Assembly: GCA_012295275.1 (NCBI GenBank)
Contig: CM022677.1
Span: 2,790,001 to 2,854,000 of the forward strand
DNA length: 64,000 bases
Direction of reading: 5' to 3'
Source: Chrysomallon squamiferum
Taxonomy: Eukaryota > Animalia > Mollusca
Under the pieces are notes generated by a model. It worked only from the letters and a program-made list of their open reading frames with translations. It searched no databases and was not told where the DNA came from. Shown piece by piece: positions 1 to 12,428 of the stretch (positions are counted from its first letter, which is position 1; every line of letters starts with the position of its first letter). Made by a program: the position numbers and the translations under genes.

Positions 1-532
1 ATTGAAATGTCTTGTGTATTCTTAGCTTTTAAGAATTATTTTACTATAAATAAGTCATTGATAATCCAAACAAAAACTTTCTGTCCACTGGTCTATCCAC
101 TATGTCCATCCACCATAATGCTTTCTCTAAAATGTCCCTGTTTGTATATCTTCCTGTGTGTGTGTCTGCTGTCTGTCTTTTAATAGACAGATACACACAC
201 AAACACATCTATCTACCTACGTATGGATGAATAAATATTATCTCTGTCTCTTTACCTCTCCATCTCTCAATCAGTCAGTCAAGCAATGTGGGACTGACTG
301 TCTGTCTGTCATTCTTTCTATATACCACTCTATCTATCTGTCAAATAACATATCACTCATAATTTATCCAAAACTATAGTTGAAATTTTTGGGGAGAATG
401 CAAGATTTTCACTTGTATTAATTTGCACACAACAGTTTTTATTCATCTATTTCTCTATCAGTCTATCTCTAATGTTCTAAATCTGTCTTTCTAGGTTTCA
501 ATCTACAAATCAATTTACTGCCAGCCAGTGTG

Positions 533-1195
533 TCTCTTTATCTATCTATAAAACACATACACAAACATAATTCTCTCTAATTAACACTCATTACAATCTC
601 TTTATCTATCTATAAAACACATACACAAACATAATTCTCTCTAATTAACATACTCATTACAATCTCTTTATCTATCTATAAAACACATACACAAACATAA
701 TTCACTCTAATTAACATACTCATTACAATCTCTTTATCTATCTATAAAACACATACACAAACATAATTCTCTCTAATTAACATACTCATTACAATCTCTT
801 TATCTATCTATAAAACACATACACAAACATAATTCTCTCTAATTAACACTCATTACAATCTCTTTATCTATCTATAAAACACATACACAAAACATAATTC
901 AATATAATTAACATATCTATAAATCATTTTCTCTAATTAACATCTCTTTATCTATCTTTATCTATCTATAAAACACACACACACAACATAATTCTCTAAT
1001 AAATACTCATTACAATCTCTTTATCTATCTATAAAACACATACACAAACATAATTCTAATTAACATACTCATTACAATCTCTTTATCTACCTATAAAACA
1101 CATACACAAACATAATTAAATCTAATTCAATATCATTACCATCTCTTTATCTATCTATAAAACACATACACAAACATAATTCAGTCTAATTCAAA
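533..1195. repeat. 64-66 bp minisatellite, ~10 copies
   Basis: Unit TCTCTTTATCTATCTATAAAACACATACACAAACATAATTCTCTCTAATTAACATACTCATTACAA recurs at 533, 597, 663 and onward; degenerate around 890-1000. Confidence 0.95.
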
Positions 1196-2394
1196 TACTC
1201 CCATCCTATCTCACTAACACATTAACATACTAACACTTTCTTCCTTATACACATATCAGCATAGCTCTACATATCTCTGTATCTATCTGTATGTCTGTTA
1301 CCTAGATATCTTCCTCTCTGTCAGTCTCTCTCACTAATTGTATATCCCTCTCATTATACATATCTCTCTGTCTATCAAACTTCCAGTCTATCTTTTCATC
1401 TATCTCTCTCTCAAAAATACATACACACTCTTGCACACACATGCATATATACCCATTTTCTCTCAACAATAAAAAATACATATTCACAAGTTACTTATGC
1501 ATACACACATACATATCATATGTAACACACTTAGCTAGATGAATGGAGGGAGACAGGCAAATACAGAAGGATGAAATTGTCTTTGTCCTCCCAGTATTGG
1601 TGAATTTACTTTGACAATATTTTTGTTTTTGAAGAACTTCATTCACTTGGTGTGAACACTGTCAGTGTGTATTGAAACAGTCACATTTTGATGGATTGTT
1701 CTCATTTACAATCATTTAAACATCTGCTTTTTCAAAATATGGTCTTATCTTGATTCTTTTATCACTTTATTTTATGTATATAATGAACTGCTTCTAAGTA
1801 GTTCTCATAGATTTCACAGAACTCAGTGAAAATTTACATGAAGCATTTAATAAAGATCAGTAACTCACTATACATCTTATTGAAACTTAGAATATTTATT
1901 TGTCAAAATAAATGTGTATTTTTAAATCTTTTTCTATTAACGGTTTACACTTTGTAAAATGTAAATATTTGTCATTTTATTTTAAAGAGTAATTAGTGAT
2001 ATTTAGAGGTTGTTAAATGTACAAATAGAGAGAGTGATTATGTGAAATACTGATTTGTCTTCACAGACATCTTATAAAGTACACACACACACACTATGCT
2101 GTCACACAATTAGAACAAAATATTTTATATATCAATATATCATCCTGTAATCCTGTCTGATTATTTTTATCAATAAATGCATAAATAAATAAATAAATAA
2201 AATAAATAAAAATGCATAAATAAATAAATAAAAACAAATGAATAAATAAAGAAAAATAAATAAATAAATAAAATGATAGTGACAGGCCAGGAGTTGGTTC
2301 ATTTAGCATGGAAAGAGGATATTTGAGCTGAACACAAAGTGTTTAATAAACAAGTGTTTAGCAGGTTGATAATCAACAACTCCACCCAGTGTTT

Positions 2395-2764
2395 CATACA
2401 CACACACATACACACATACATACACACACACACACATACATACATACACACACATACACATACATACATACATACATACACACATACATACATACATACA
2501 TACATACATACACACACATATACACACATACATATACATACATACATACACACAAACACATACATATACACACACATACATACACACACACACACACATA
2601 CACACACATACATACATAACACACATATTACATACACATACACACACATACATACATACAAACACATACATATACACACAAACACATACATACACAGTCG
2701 TTACATACATACATACACATACATACATACATACACACAACAACATACATACATACACACACAA

Positions 2765-2796
<32 letters not shown>

Positions 2797-2797
2797 G

Positions 2798-2841
<44 letters not shown>

Positions 2842-3040
2842 ACATACATACATACACACATACATGTCACACATACATACTTTTACATATACATATACAT
2901 ACACACACCTATACAAACATAACACACACATATACATACAAACACACATACATACATACATATAAACACAGACATACATACACATACAGAAACAACACAC
3001 AGATACACATATACTATATATATATATATATATATATACA
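2395..3040. repeat. compound (CA)n/(CATA)n/(TA)n microsatellite
   Basis: Direct reading; source of the spurious HT/CV-rich ORFs. Confidence 0.95.
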
Positions 3041-3345
3041 TAACTTTACACACATATAATGGGTAGGCTACAAACAGTCTCACATAAATACATGTACAAA
3101 TGCACATGAACAAATAATTCAGATAATGTGAATTTTGTTCTTCTCTAATATGTAAACTAATAAAAACAAATTAATATAAATACATTACACAGAATAATTT
3201 TTCATACAGTAAGGATGATAAAATTAGAAACAGGTATTTACAATCAGACATAGTATTTTCATGTATATCTTCAAATGTCTGTCAAATGACTTTATGTCAA
3301 AAAAAAAAATAATTTTTTTTTTTTTTTTTTTTTTTGTTATAAACA

Positions 3346-3815
3346 AATTCTAATTATCCCTAATTACATAATTTTAAATATATTTATACAATGATTACCC
3401 CCAGCAACCCTTGATTTAACCTGATTTAAATATGATAAGGAAAACAAAAAGTTATTTTTGATTTTTTTATAAAAAATTCTAATTATCCCTAATTACATAA
3501 TCTTCAATAATATTTACATTGATTACCACTAGCAAACCCTTGATTTTCCCCGTATTTAAATAGTAAATAAAAAATAATAATGTTGTTGTTGTTTTTCATT
3601 AAAAAATTCTAATTACCCCTAATTACATAATCTTCAATTATATTTTCATTGATTACCTCCAGCAAACCCTTGATTTTCCCCTGATTTAAATAAGAAAATA
3701 AAGTTATGTTTTTTTGTTGTTTTTTTATAAAAAATTCTAATTACCCCTAATTACATAATTTTAAATATATTTACACTGATTATCCCAGCAAACCGTTAAT
3801 TTTCCCCGATTTAAA
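3346..3815. repeat. ~129 bp diverged tandem repeat, 4 copies
   Basis: AATTCTAATTA(T/C)CCCTAATTACATAAT...AGCAAACCCTTGATTT starts at 3346, 3475, 3605 and 3733. Confidence 0.9.
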
Positions 3816-4070
3816 TAATACAAAAATTAGATATTAAAAATTTAACACCTCTATGCACTATCACATTAATTTTAGCTTATTTTGAAAAATGGCATTCCAT
3901 AGCAGTGATGAATCTCTATTCCTCTTTCAGTGAGAAAAATTAGAATAACTATGCACACATCAATGATAAAAACAGTGCAAGCTGCTATGAAGTACAATGT
4001 GTACACTGGATGTTCTGATCACACTGACAATGCAGTCTCTTGGAGATCACTGAGTGTTTGAAATTCAAAT

Positions 4071-5821
4071 TACATTTCAGACAGATTTTCTCTTGAAAGT
4101 GTTGAGCTTTCTCTGGACAGGGAAGACTGTGATGTAATAGCATTCTGGTGCTCTAGTGAACAGTTTCTGAAAATGGGTCTTACAACATTTTCAACTGAAC
4201 TGCTGGCTGTGGCACACCTTGAATCTGTTGTCTAGGATCCTACAACAAAATATGATATTCATTAATAAACTAAACATAAAATAAATATTTTCATCTCTAA
4301 CTGCATTTCACTGTCTTAGCAAGAAGAGTTTTAGTCCACATTTTTTTTTTCCATATACTTTTAACTTTTATATAAAAAGATTAAAATAGAAATACATCAA
4401 TAAAAGAGATTATGAAAAATATGTTTTAATATATTTGAATACTTCTGTAACTTGGTAAAATTTGATATTTACACTGTGTTTTAGACTTTTAGACCAGTTT
4501 AAGAAGACTGTCAGGAATATTAAGTAAACATTTTTAACCTATACAGCTATTGTATTAGACGGTAAGTAACCTTTAACAATTCTAAATAACAAATTATTTG
4601 ATTAATTAAAACATTTAATTGTAATATTCTTACCTGCCACTTTAATGTAATTTAAATTTTGCCATTAATGAAATATATTTTGTCTTATAAATAAACCACA
4701 ATTATCAGCTATCAGTTCAATAATGAATCATTTAGGTATTTTTAAAATGTATTTAAAACAAAGAAAACAACAAAATAAATTAAGAAGCTAAATCTTTCAA
4801 GCCAATTTATGCATCTTTCAAATTACAACCTTTCAAATCCACCAAAATTCCATCTATCTAATAAATTTCAAAATAATGTAAATATCTTTAGCCCACGTAA
4901 AGTATTACATGTATGGATTTCAGATTAGAGTGAGATATTAATAACATCAAATTACAAATTTATACAAATGTTCTGCTCACTACTCCATTAGGCTGTCCTG
5001 CAAGTTATTGCACTGATTCTATCTATTAATTTTAATCATTTTACAAAAATACAAATGTATTATCTTTTCAAATGCATGGTTTAATTCAGTGTAAGAGAAA
5101 ATATTTTGCATAGAATTATTTAAAACTGAAATAAAATGGGAAAGGTTTACAATGAATAATGTATTTAAATACCTGCTGGACAGCACCAAATACTTCAACT
5201 CTACTGGAGACTCAAGCTGCTCTTTGTTCCAAAATGTCAATCTGAGTTTGTATTTTTGAAACAATTTCTTGAATATTTTTATCCTTAACAAGCTGATTTA
5301 ACTTCTGAAAATAAACAGTTTAAATCCACAGTTTAGTATATTGCTGAACTTGGACAAGAGTTGTCAGAGTCCCATATGGGGATGCCTAGTCTGAGTAAAT
5401 AAATAAATAAATAAAACACTGTAAAAAATATAAAATACTGCTACTACTACATTTACTGCAAAACTACTATACTATTTGTATAGCCATCATTACTATAATT
5501 ACTATTTACTATTATTTCTTATTCAACTAGGATTACTGTTATTGAAATAATATTCCTATTACTAAAATTACTATCAATTAATAATAAAAATGATATTTTT
5601 TACTCTCTTCATTATTACTCCTGTAGAGAGAGTGAGAGACAGAGAACAAAATACTTACATACATATCATATGTGACACTGTGTGAAGGCTGACAGTTCCA
5701 TCTGGTAACAGGAAAGTTAAAAAATGTTAAATACTCGTAAAATATGCTGCTGCTTCTTCTTTTGTTTCAAAACGTAGAAATTTACAACAAAATAATCAGG
5801 TTTATATGAAAGGAAGTGTTG

Positions 5822-5919
<98 letters not shown>

Positions 5920-8620
5920 GAATTAAAATGCAGTGTATGATACAAGATTCTAATGTATGTACATGTGTACTTACTGGTACATGTTACAAAATCCAACTTC
6001 CTACATTAATTTAAATTGAACTTCATTAGGTTTAGAATAATGAGAAATACATAAGAAAAACTAATAATTCACCTGTTCAGTTTTTTTTTTCTCTTTTCCA
6101 GTGGCAGCAGTACAAACTTTATCCTCAGTGCTGGACAGCACCTTCTACTGAAACAACTTCACTAGCCAACATCAGCACATCAATTAGAGCTGTATGTGCA
6201 TTCTGAAAAAAAAATACAAATAAAATAATAAAAATAATAAACTGTTATAAATAAATAATAATGTTTCTGTTATTATTAAAATTAAAATTTTGCTGTTACC
6301 AGTTACTGGATTATTCAGACACAAAGGGGTGTGGGATATTTTTGATGTACTTTGTATACTCATTATAATGATAATGATGGTAATGTTAATAATTCAAATA
6401 ATTAACAAAACATTAGGAAACAAATGATTATTATTATGCTATTTTACAATCAGTAAAGAGATGTTACTATAAAACGTATTTTACTAAGAAATAAAAATAA
6501 GATAAAAACTTACAACTTGGAATTGTGCAGTCTGCAGTGTCTGTACAGCTGATTCATCCTTCTCCATAACATAAACTCCCTTTCTAGACAGCAACTGAAC
6601 AATACTGCAATGACCTAAAAAATATTTAACAATCTACATTTCTCTGATAAATGCATAATTTATTTTGATTATTATCATTCATGCAATATTTCTCTCTCAC
6701 ACACATAAATAAATATATATACATATATAAACTAATAAACAAACATACCCTGCCACTGTAGAGAGGTTTCTGAAAACATTCTAACACAGGCCTGACACAT
6801 CACTTGACACCAGACTGTTGATTCACATTATCATTAGTCTCTTGTTTCCCTTTTCACAAAAATGGCCTCAGTATTTATGATGCTGAAGTAGGGGACTGGG
6901 ACCTGGGATATTGGCCCCACTCTGTTGTCTGAATCAGGTACAGGACTAGCTCAGTCATTTGAACTGTCAGTGTGGTGACACATCTCATGAATGCTGCCTT
7001 CCCGAGTCTCATCTTGTTCTGCTACAGCTACAGCCTCTGTTTTCTTCACTCTGTTTTTTTCTTCTCTTTTTCTTTATCTCATCATCTTTCTGTTTTTCTT
7101 CATCCAGCTTCAGCAAGCTCAGATGTCACCTGCTGCTCAACTTTCTGGCTGTTATTTTTGCCATCGCAGTCATCTGCCTAGTTTTTTGTTTCGCAGCGTA
7201 GGAAATGAAGTCTTTTTACCAGCATCAGCTTGATTTCACAAAAAAGCACACTTCAATGGCACTCTGCCCTTTTCTTCTTGTTCCTGTTGCTGTGTGTAAA
7301 CCATCGATATATCATATTATAGTATTCCAGCAGCACTTGCACTCTACAGTATGATACTGATCAATGATTGTGTAGCTGGGTGAGAAATTTATAAAATATA
7401 TCTGATTTTTTACAGAACCATTCTTTAAATTCATTTGGAATATTTTCTCCACATGACCTAGAAAACATAAAAAATAAACAATTATTAGTAATGATATGAA
7501 AAATAAAATGGATAATAATAATAAAGATTACAAAAATAATAAATAAAAATAAACATAATAATAATAATAACATGTAGTAATAATAATAAGAAGAAGAAGA
7601 AGAAGAAGATGAAAAAGAAGGAATTACAACAAAACAAAACAAAGTGTAAATAAATAAAGTAAAATTGACCATTAAGAAAAGAAGGGAAACAAAGAACAGG
7701 ATAACTAATTGTTTGTGTGTGTTAAATATTATTGTAACAAATAATTTTATTAATATTTTACAGCATCTACATATGAAATAACCTGGTCATGTATTTCTTA
7801 AATTTGTATTCATCTTTATTTGTTTTTAGTGTTAACATAGAGCTACACAGGTATTTAGCTTAAATAATATGAAAGCATTTAGGGACCCACCCATTATAAA
7901 GTTTAATATGTTTAATAATTATAGAGCAAGTCAGCAATTTAACCTAAATCTTTAAAAATAATAAATCATAAATAAACTCACTGAAAACAACCTGTCAAAC
8001 AAAATTAGCATATTTTCTTTTAATAGTTTTATTAGTTTATTTCAACAATAAAAAAAAATAAAATAAAATAAAATAAAATAAATAAATCAATAAATAAATA
8101 AATAAATAAATAAATAATAATAACAATAACAATAATAATAATAAAATTTTTAAATTCTCTATGACTTGTAGTGTGGTGTTTCCTTTGGTGTATGCTACAC
8201 AAGTCAATTTATTTTAAAACAAATTTAATTACTGGCCACTCAAAATTTGCTGATACATCATGACGTTGTTTATGTTGTTCACATTAGTACAACCACTGGT
8301 GAATGTTATTATTAATCGAGTGTCGTTATTTGAAAAAATTCTAAATAAATAAATAAATAAATAAATCATTATTGTTCTCAAATAATATGGCTGCCATCAG
8401 TTGTCTATGACTTTTAAATTATAATTAAATAAAAAAAAAAAAATCCAAACACATTAACATTTATAATAATAAATAGTAATACCTGTCTCCTTCACAAAAT
8501 CAAATACTTTAAACAACTTTTTTTAATGCGATTACACCAATTCTGTAGAAAATTCTTCGAACACTAAATAAAAAAGTAAATCCGTAAAGACCGACAATCA
8601 TCCCGCATTTTTCCGCACAT
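4071..8620 (-). pseudogene. unprocessed (intron-containing) ankyrin-repeat protein pseudogene
   Basis: AG/GT-bounded exons on - strand: ~8620-8483, 7457-6749, 6614-6514, 6202-6073, 5701-5659, 5304-5173, ~4239-4071. Translation gives ankyrin-like segments GHVEKIFQMNLKNG..VQVLLEY, EKGRVPLKCAFL and SETSLQWQ-G|HCSIVQLLSRKGVYVMEKD..|NAHTALIDVL, plus a Lys/Glu-rich coil (LKLDEEKQKDDEIKKKRRKK). Multiple frameshifts and in-frame stops, e.g. LEQRAA*VSSR in exon 5304-5173. Confidence 0.65.
5825..5916. repeat. (TG)n(AG)n compound microsatellite
   Basis: Direct reading. Confidence 0.95.
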
Positions 8621-9030
8621 ACAATCACCCCCCCAAAAAAAAAAAAAAAAAAAAAATTAAAATAATGTTCAAAACAAATAAAATAAAATAAAGAAACATC
8701 ACAATCTCAATTAAAATTTATTTATTTTATTTGTTTATTTTATATTTTTTTTTATCTTATTATTAGCCAATCGTTGACCGTAAACTTCAAATAAACGGTG
8801 TTTTAATTTTTTTTTCCCCTACTTTTTCTTTCTTCTTCTTATTTATATTAATGCACCAAATAAAATCACAAAACTTACAACTCACACTATAAGTTGCTTA
8901 TTATTGTGCAGGAATTTACCAATATTTGAGATACGTCTGAAAACATTGTCTGAAAAAACAAAAATATTATTTTGCCTTTTATTAAATATTGCAGTTAGTG
9001 TCCATATCCTACGTTAAAAAAAAAAATTAA

Positions 9031-9505
9031 TATTTCTATTAACGAGGCGGCAATGCCGTCGGCCCAGGATCGTTCCTAACGTCATTGGTGCACTCCTCAT
9101 TATTCCTTTTCGTTTTTTCATTCACTGTTATTCTTATTTTCTGAACGTGCCCATCGTGAATTAAAATATATTATTAATATTTCTATTAATGTCGCTGTCG
9201 CTACCTTCGAACTGGCGTTGTTCTCATAGTTCTCGGAGCCATTCTCACTATTCTTTTCCTTTTTATTAATTATTATTCACTCTTTTTTAGTATTCAGATC
9301 CTATTCTAAAATGTATTATACCATTTCTATCAATATCACCATCGTTGCCGTCGTAACGGCGTTGTTTCTAGCTTTCTAGAGTCCTTCTCGTTATTCTTTA
9401 GCGCTTTTTATGAATCATTCCACAAACTTTTTGAGCGGGCGAATCACCTCTTCAAATACATTATTGTGATTTCTAGTAATGTCGCCGTCGTTTCAGTATT
9501 AACGT
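9031..9505. repeat. highly diverged ~146 bp CpG-containing tandem repeat, ~3.3 copies
   Basis: ATTTCTA-T-AAT..CG..TCG anchor at ~9031, 9178, 9322 and 9468 (spacings 147, 144, 146). Confidence 0.7.
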
Positions 9506-9511
9506 CTTGGT

Positions 9512-9698
9512 TAATATCACACGTCACTGTACAGTATTTCTTTACTTAATACTACTAATATCACGTCACAGTTTTTAATTTACTTAATATCACGTTACTG
9601 TACAGTATTTATTTACTTAATGCTGCTAATATCACGTTACTGTACTGTATTTATTTATTTAATACTGCTAATATCACAATACAGTATTTATTTACTTG
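9512..9698. repeat. ~30-40 bp minisatellite
   Basis: TAATATCACGTTACTGTACAGTATTTATTTACTTAAT variants, ~5 copies. Confidence 0.85.
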
Positions 9699-10227
9699 AA
9701 AGGAGATTCTTCATATTTCGCAGAATAAGGTCCGCTACATGGAGAAAGAATGAAAAAGAAAAAGAAAAATAGAAATGATATAAAGTGTAATGATTTTGTA
9801 TAAAAACATTTTGTATCAATTAAAACTGACATTTATTCAAACACATACATAAAATAAAAAAATAAAAAAAAAATAAAAAATATGGAATAACATAATAAAA
9901 AATAGAAATGTCATAAAATGTCTTAACATGGCGAGTTTGCATAAACGATTAATAACTAGTGACATCTGATTTGTATGTGTTTTGAAGAAGAAACAGAACA
10001 ACTGCAGACAACACTTCAAAATCTTCATAACTTAAGAAGTGCGCCACTTCTAAATGACAGCTGTAATGCACATTTTAATCTGTTTTTACGGTTTTTTCTT
10101 TTTTCTTGAGGAGTGTTTTTGTTTTCTTTTTTGTCTGTATGTTACTTTATTCTGACTTAAACAAATTATTAATATAATTTCCATAATATAGGTAGGCAGT
10201 CTTTTTATCCACCAGTTTAATAACCTG

Positions 10228-11368
10228 CGAAATTTAAAAGGGGTCGCTGCAGCTCTGTTTCGACTTCAGGACACGTACAAATTAAATGCGACAAGATTAG
10301 CAGACGCATTTATACACGAACGATATATTACAGAGATTATCAGCAGAAGACCGTTATCATCAATTAGGTCGCCTTGCATACATAATGAAAAAAAATACAA
10401 ATCTGTACATATCTGGATGGAGTTAAGAAAGTAAGAACAGAAAAAATTCAGAACGTATCTCGGTTAGAACTTCATGACTATGACATACACGGTAGAGAAT
10501 TAGCGGGACAGATAGAACACGTTTTAGATTTGACAAATGAACAGTTAATGTTAGCTCGTGAACAAAAACGTGCTCCGAACAGAAGGAAAAAGTTTTCAAG
10601 TGTATCAAAATGTAGGAAAGAAAAGAGAAAAAATGCCAGAGTTAAAGAAAAAACAACTTTCGATGCTCTCTGTCGTGCTGAAGACGTTATTAAAGTACGA
10701 CAGCGACATCGTTTGAAATGTCGCTACCATTACAACATCAAAAACCGCTTCTAATTCTTAAGCCTGCTAAAGAAGAGATTCTGCATTTCTCACCGAAAAT
10801 TGTTCTCTATCATGATTTTATCAGTGATGCTGCAATTGAAGACATTAAAACAGTTTCTTTGCCACTTTTAAAAACATCTGAAATCGATAACTATGGAAAA
10901 CATGTGAAATCTGAGAAAAGAATTAGCAAAAATACATTTTTAGGAAGAGGTTGCATAGAAGCAGACTTGAGTATTCAGAAAAGAATTGAAGCAATCACAG
11001 GTCTTTCAATGAAAGCTTCAGAACGACTGCAGGTAGCAAACTATGGAATAGGCGGCTACTTTACGGCTCATGCTGACTATTTCCACAAAGCAGATTCTTG
11101 TCGTGGAAACAGAATTGCCACGTGGTTAAACTATTTGAGTGATGTAGAAGGAAGTGCAACAGTGTTTCTTCATCTTGGTGTAAGAATACAACCTAAAGCA
11201 GGTTCAGCTATATTTTGGTATAATTTGTATCGGAATGGTTCACCTAACAAAATGACAATTCATGTAGCTTGTCCTGTTCTTATTGGCTCTAAATGGGTAT
11301 CAACTTACTGGATTCTAAAAAAGGGACAAGAATTCAAGCGGCCATGGTCCACAAATCCTGAAGAATAA
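10228..11368 (+). pseudogene. P4HA: intronless prolyl 4-hydroxylase subunit alpha-like copy; frameshifted N-half, open catalytic C-half (ORF 10718-11368)
   Basis: LKGVAAALFRLQDTYKL (P4Ha_N), LSAEDRYHQLGRLAY and HIWME (TPR-like), FDALCRAE..LKCRY in shifting frames. ORF 10718-11368 has PKIVLYHDFIS, RISKNTFL, LQVANYGIGGYFTAHADY (HxD), GNRIATWLNYLSDV and TIHVACPVLIGSKWV (distal His and 2-oxoglutarate Lys). At least 4 frame breaks between 10330 and 10740. Confidence 0.88.
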
Positions 11369-12289
11369 ATGAAATACGATGTAACTTTTAATGTGCGCAG
11401 GTCCTAGAAAGAGGTTTCTTGCTTACTGATTAATTTTTGGTTTGTAAATATTTTACATAGGCATTTATGTAAAAACAAAACAAACAAAAAGTCTATTTAA
11501 AGTACTTCTTATTGCATGTTATTGATTTCTTTTCTTCTTTTTTTTCTTGCTTAATTCCGCATTATTTTTCAAAGACGCCTGTTTGTGTAGGTGACTCTCG
11601 TTCAAAATATAATGATTACGTCTTCTTGTCGCCTGAGTTTCTTCAACTTCTTAGAATCAGTGCAAACGTTACACTTTGTCTTTAGATACAAGATACAACG
11701 AGAGCAACAGTAAGAATATAACAAGAACAAACAAACAAATATACGAATGCGGACAAACCGATATAAACATGCTTACTGTTGTATTCTTTGTTCTTGATAT
11801 AAAAATTAAAGATCGTGTTAACTGTAAAAGGAGATATATTTTTAATGGGTGTCTATTTATTTATTTATTTATTAAAAATATTAATCAAAGATGCTGTATG
11901 TGAATATTTATAATAATAATTTCTAATAAAAGTAATTTTCTCTTAGGTCCGTATACTGTTTACTCTGACGTAATTCAAGTATTTTGTTTTAATGAAACAT
12001 CTCATCATTATTTCAACAAAGAGGGAAACGCCTTAATCAATTATTATTGTTATTAGATCATCAGTGACACTCTAATACTTGATAGTCCCTTAAAAAGTAT
12101 TAAACTTACCAGTTTCTACTTATTTCAGCCAAACGTCAACAAGTCTGTTTTGAGATGTACTGAAATTTGTAATATCGATAGTTAAAAATTATATATATTA
12201 ACAGTCCATTGTAGATGTAAATTGTCATTACGTACATGTTGCGTTAAACAATGAGGTCAAAAAACAAGTACTCCTATATTAAAAAACTG

Positions 12290-12428
<139 letters not shown>

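Noticed and set aside
2299-3113. Long HT/CV/YM-rich ORFs, also at 26-30 kb, 31-40 kb, 42-43 kb, 52-54 kb and 61.7 kb
   Set aside because: They are translations of microsatellites and satellites that lack stops by composition.
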